64,000 bases of DNA from Microcoleaceae cyanobacterium. GTDB lineage: Bacteria; Cyanobacteriota; Cyanobacteriia; Cyanobacteriales; Microcoleaceae. The stretch is taken from positions 38,322 through 102,321 of the forward strand of contig JBOFUV010000133.1 of assembly GCA_051652765.1 (NCBI GenBank), in the 5' to 3' direction. Within the stretch, counting starts at the first letter, position 1. Every line of letters begins with the position of its first letter. The notes below the pieces were generated by a model. It searched no databases. It was not told the DNA's origin and worked only from the letters and a program-made list of their open reading frames with translations. Shown piece after piece: positions 63,700 through 64,000 of this stretch. The position numbers were made by a program, and so were the translations under genes.

Positions 63700-64000
63700 A
63701 TGAATGATTCAAGTCAGAATCTGCCTTACATTTTGGTGGTCGGCAGTGGCAACGGAGAATATATTCTCAAGCCAGAGCAAGATCTAGAACTGGGGAAAAA
63801 ACACCTGGTAGAAGCTACCTCTCTGATTGGCGGTAGTGGTATTAACTACACCCTGAGACTCATGAAAGCGGGTTTTCCAGTTCTGCCTATTTTACCCATT
63901 GGACGGGATGCCTTGGGCCATCAAATTCAGGCTGAACTCCTTAGGGAAGCGGTTGCGTCCCAGATGCCCGCTATTGTTACAGAATGGCTAGAAAGCGAAC
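63700..64000 (+). CDS. PfkB-family carbohydrate kinase, N-terminal part (runs off the window edge)
   Basis: Hand translation MNDSSQNLPYILVVGSG...IGGSGINY...PIGRDALG, a PfkB signature-1-like pattern. Confidence 0.7.
   Translation, partial: MNDSSQNLPYILVVGSGNGEYILKPEQDLELGKKHLVEATSLIGGSGINYTLRLMKAGFPVLPILPIGRDALGHQIQAELLREAVASQMPAIVTEWLESE

Noticed and set aside
1..64000. tRNA, rRNA, transposase, integrase, prophage or defence island
   Set aside because: No cloverleaf, rRNA-like sequence or matching protein motifs recognised; a covariance-model scan would be needed to exclude small RNAs.

Overview
Chromosomal window of an oxygenic cyanobacterium: psbB-psbT, split rpoB-rpoC1-rpoC2, btpA, and roughly three dozen HIP1 GCGATCGC octamers counted by eye. 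Most of it is conserved housekeeping synteny: purE, amt with an NtcA box, Npun_F0494-cobQ-ferredoxin, psbB-psbT-nrdR-rps1-HAD-metK, radical SAM-rne-rnhB, apt, fmt, hisD and rpsT-tatD-rpoBC1C2. I found no tRNA, rRNA, CRISPR array, transposase or prophage. Four things stand out. (1) A six-gene respiratory cluster: two His-rich DUF2231 membrane proteins, a CuA-less alternative terminal oxidase (ARTO), and a GMC flavoprotein that lacks the usual Cys-rich Fe-S segment. (2) A STAS-sugar transferase fusion next to an RsbW-like kinase, suggesting partner-switching control of a polysaccharide priming enzyme. (3) More than 20 independent local tandem duplications with a narrow 12-15 bp unit, in nearly every intergenic gap and in-frame inside S1, RNase E and other proteins. 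(4) Several families of small structured dispersed or MITE-like repeats. Three genes missing from the ORF track were read by hand: psbT, a 5'-edge histidine kinase fragment and a 3'-edge PfkB kinase fragment. All family assignments come from motif recognition, not database searches.
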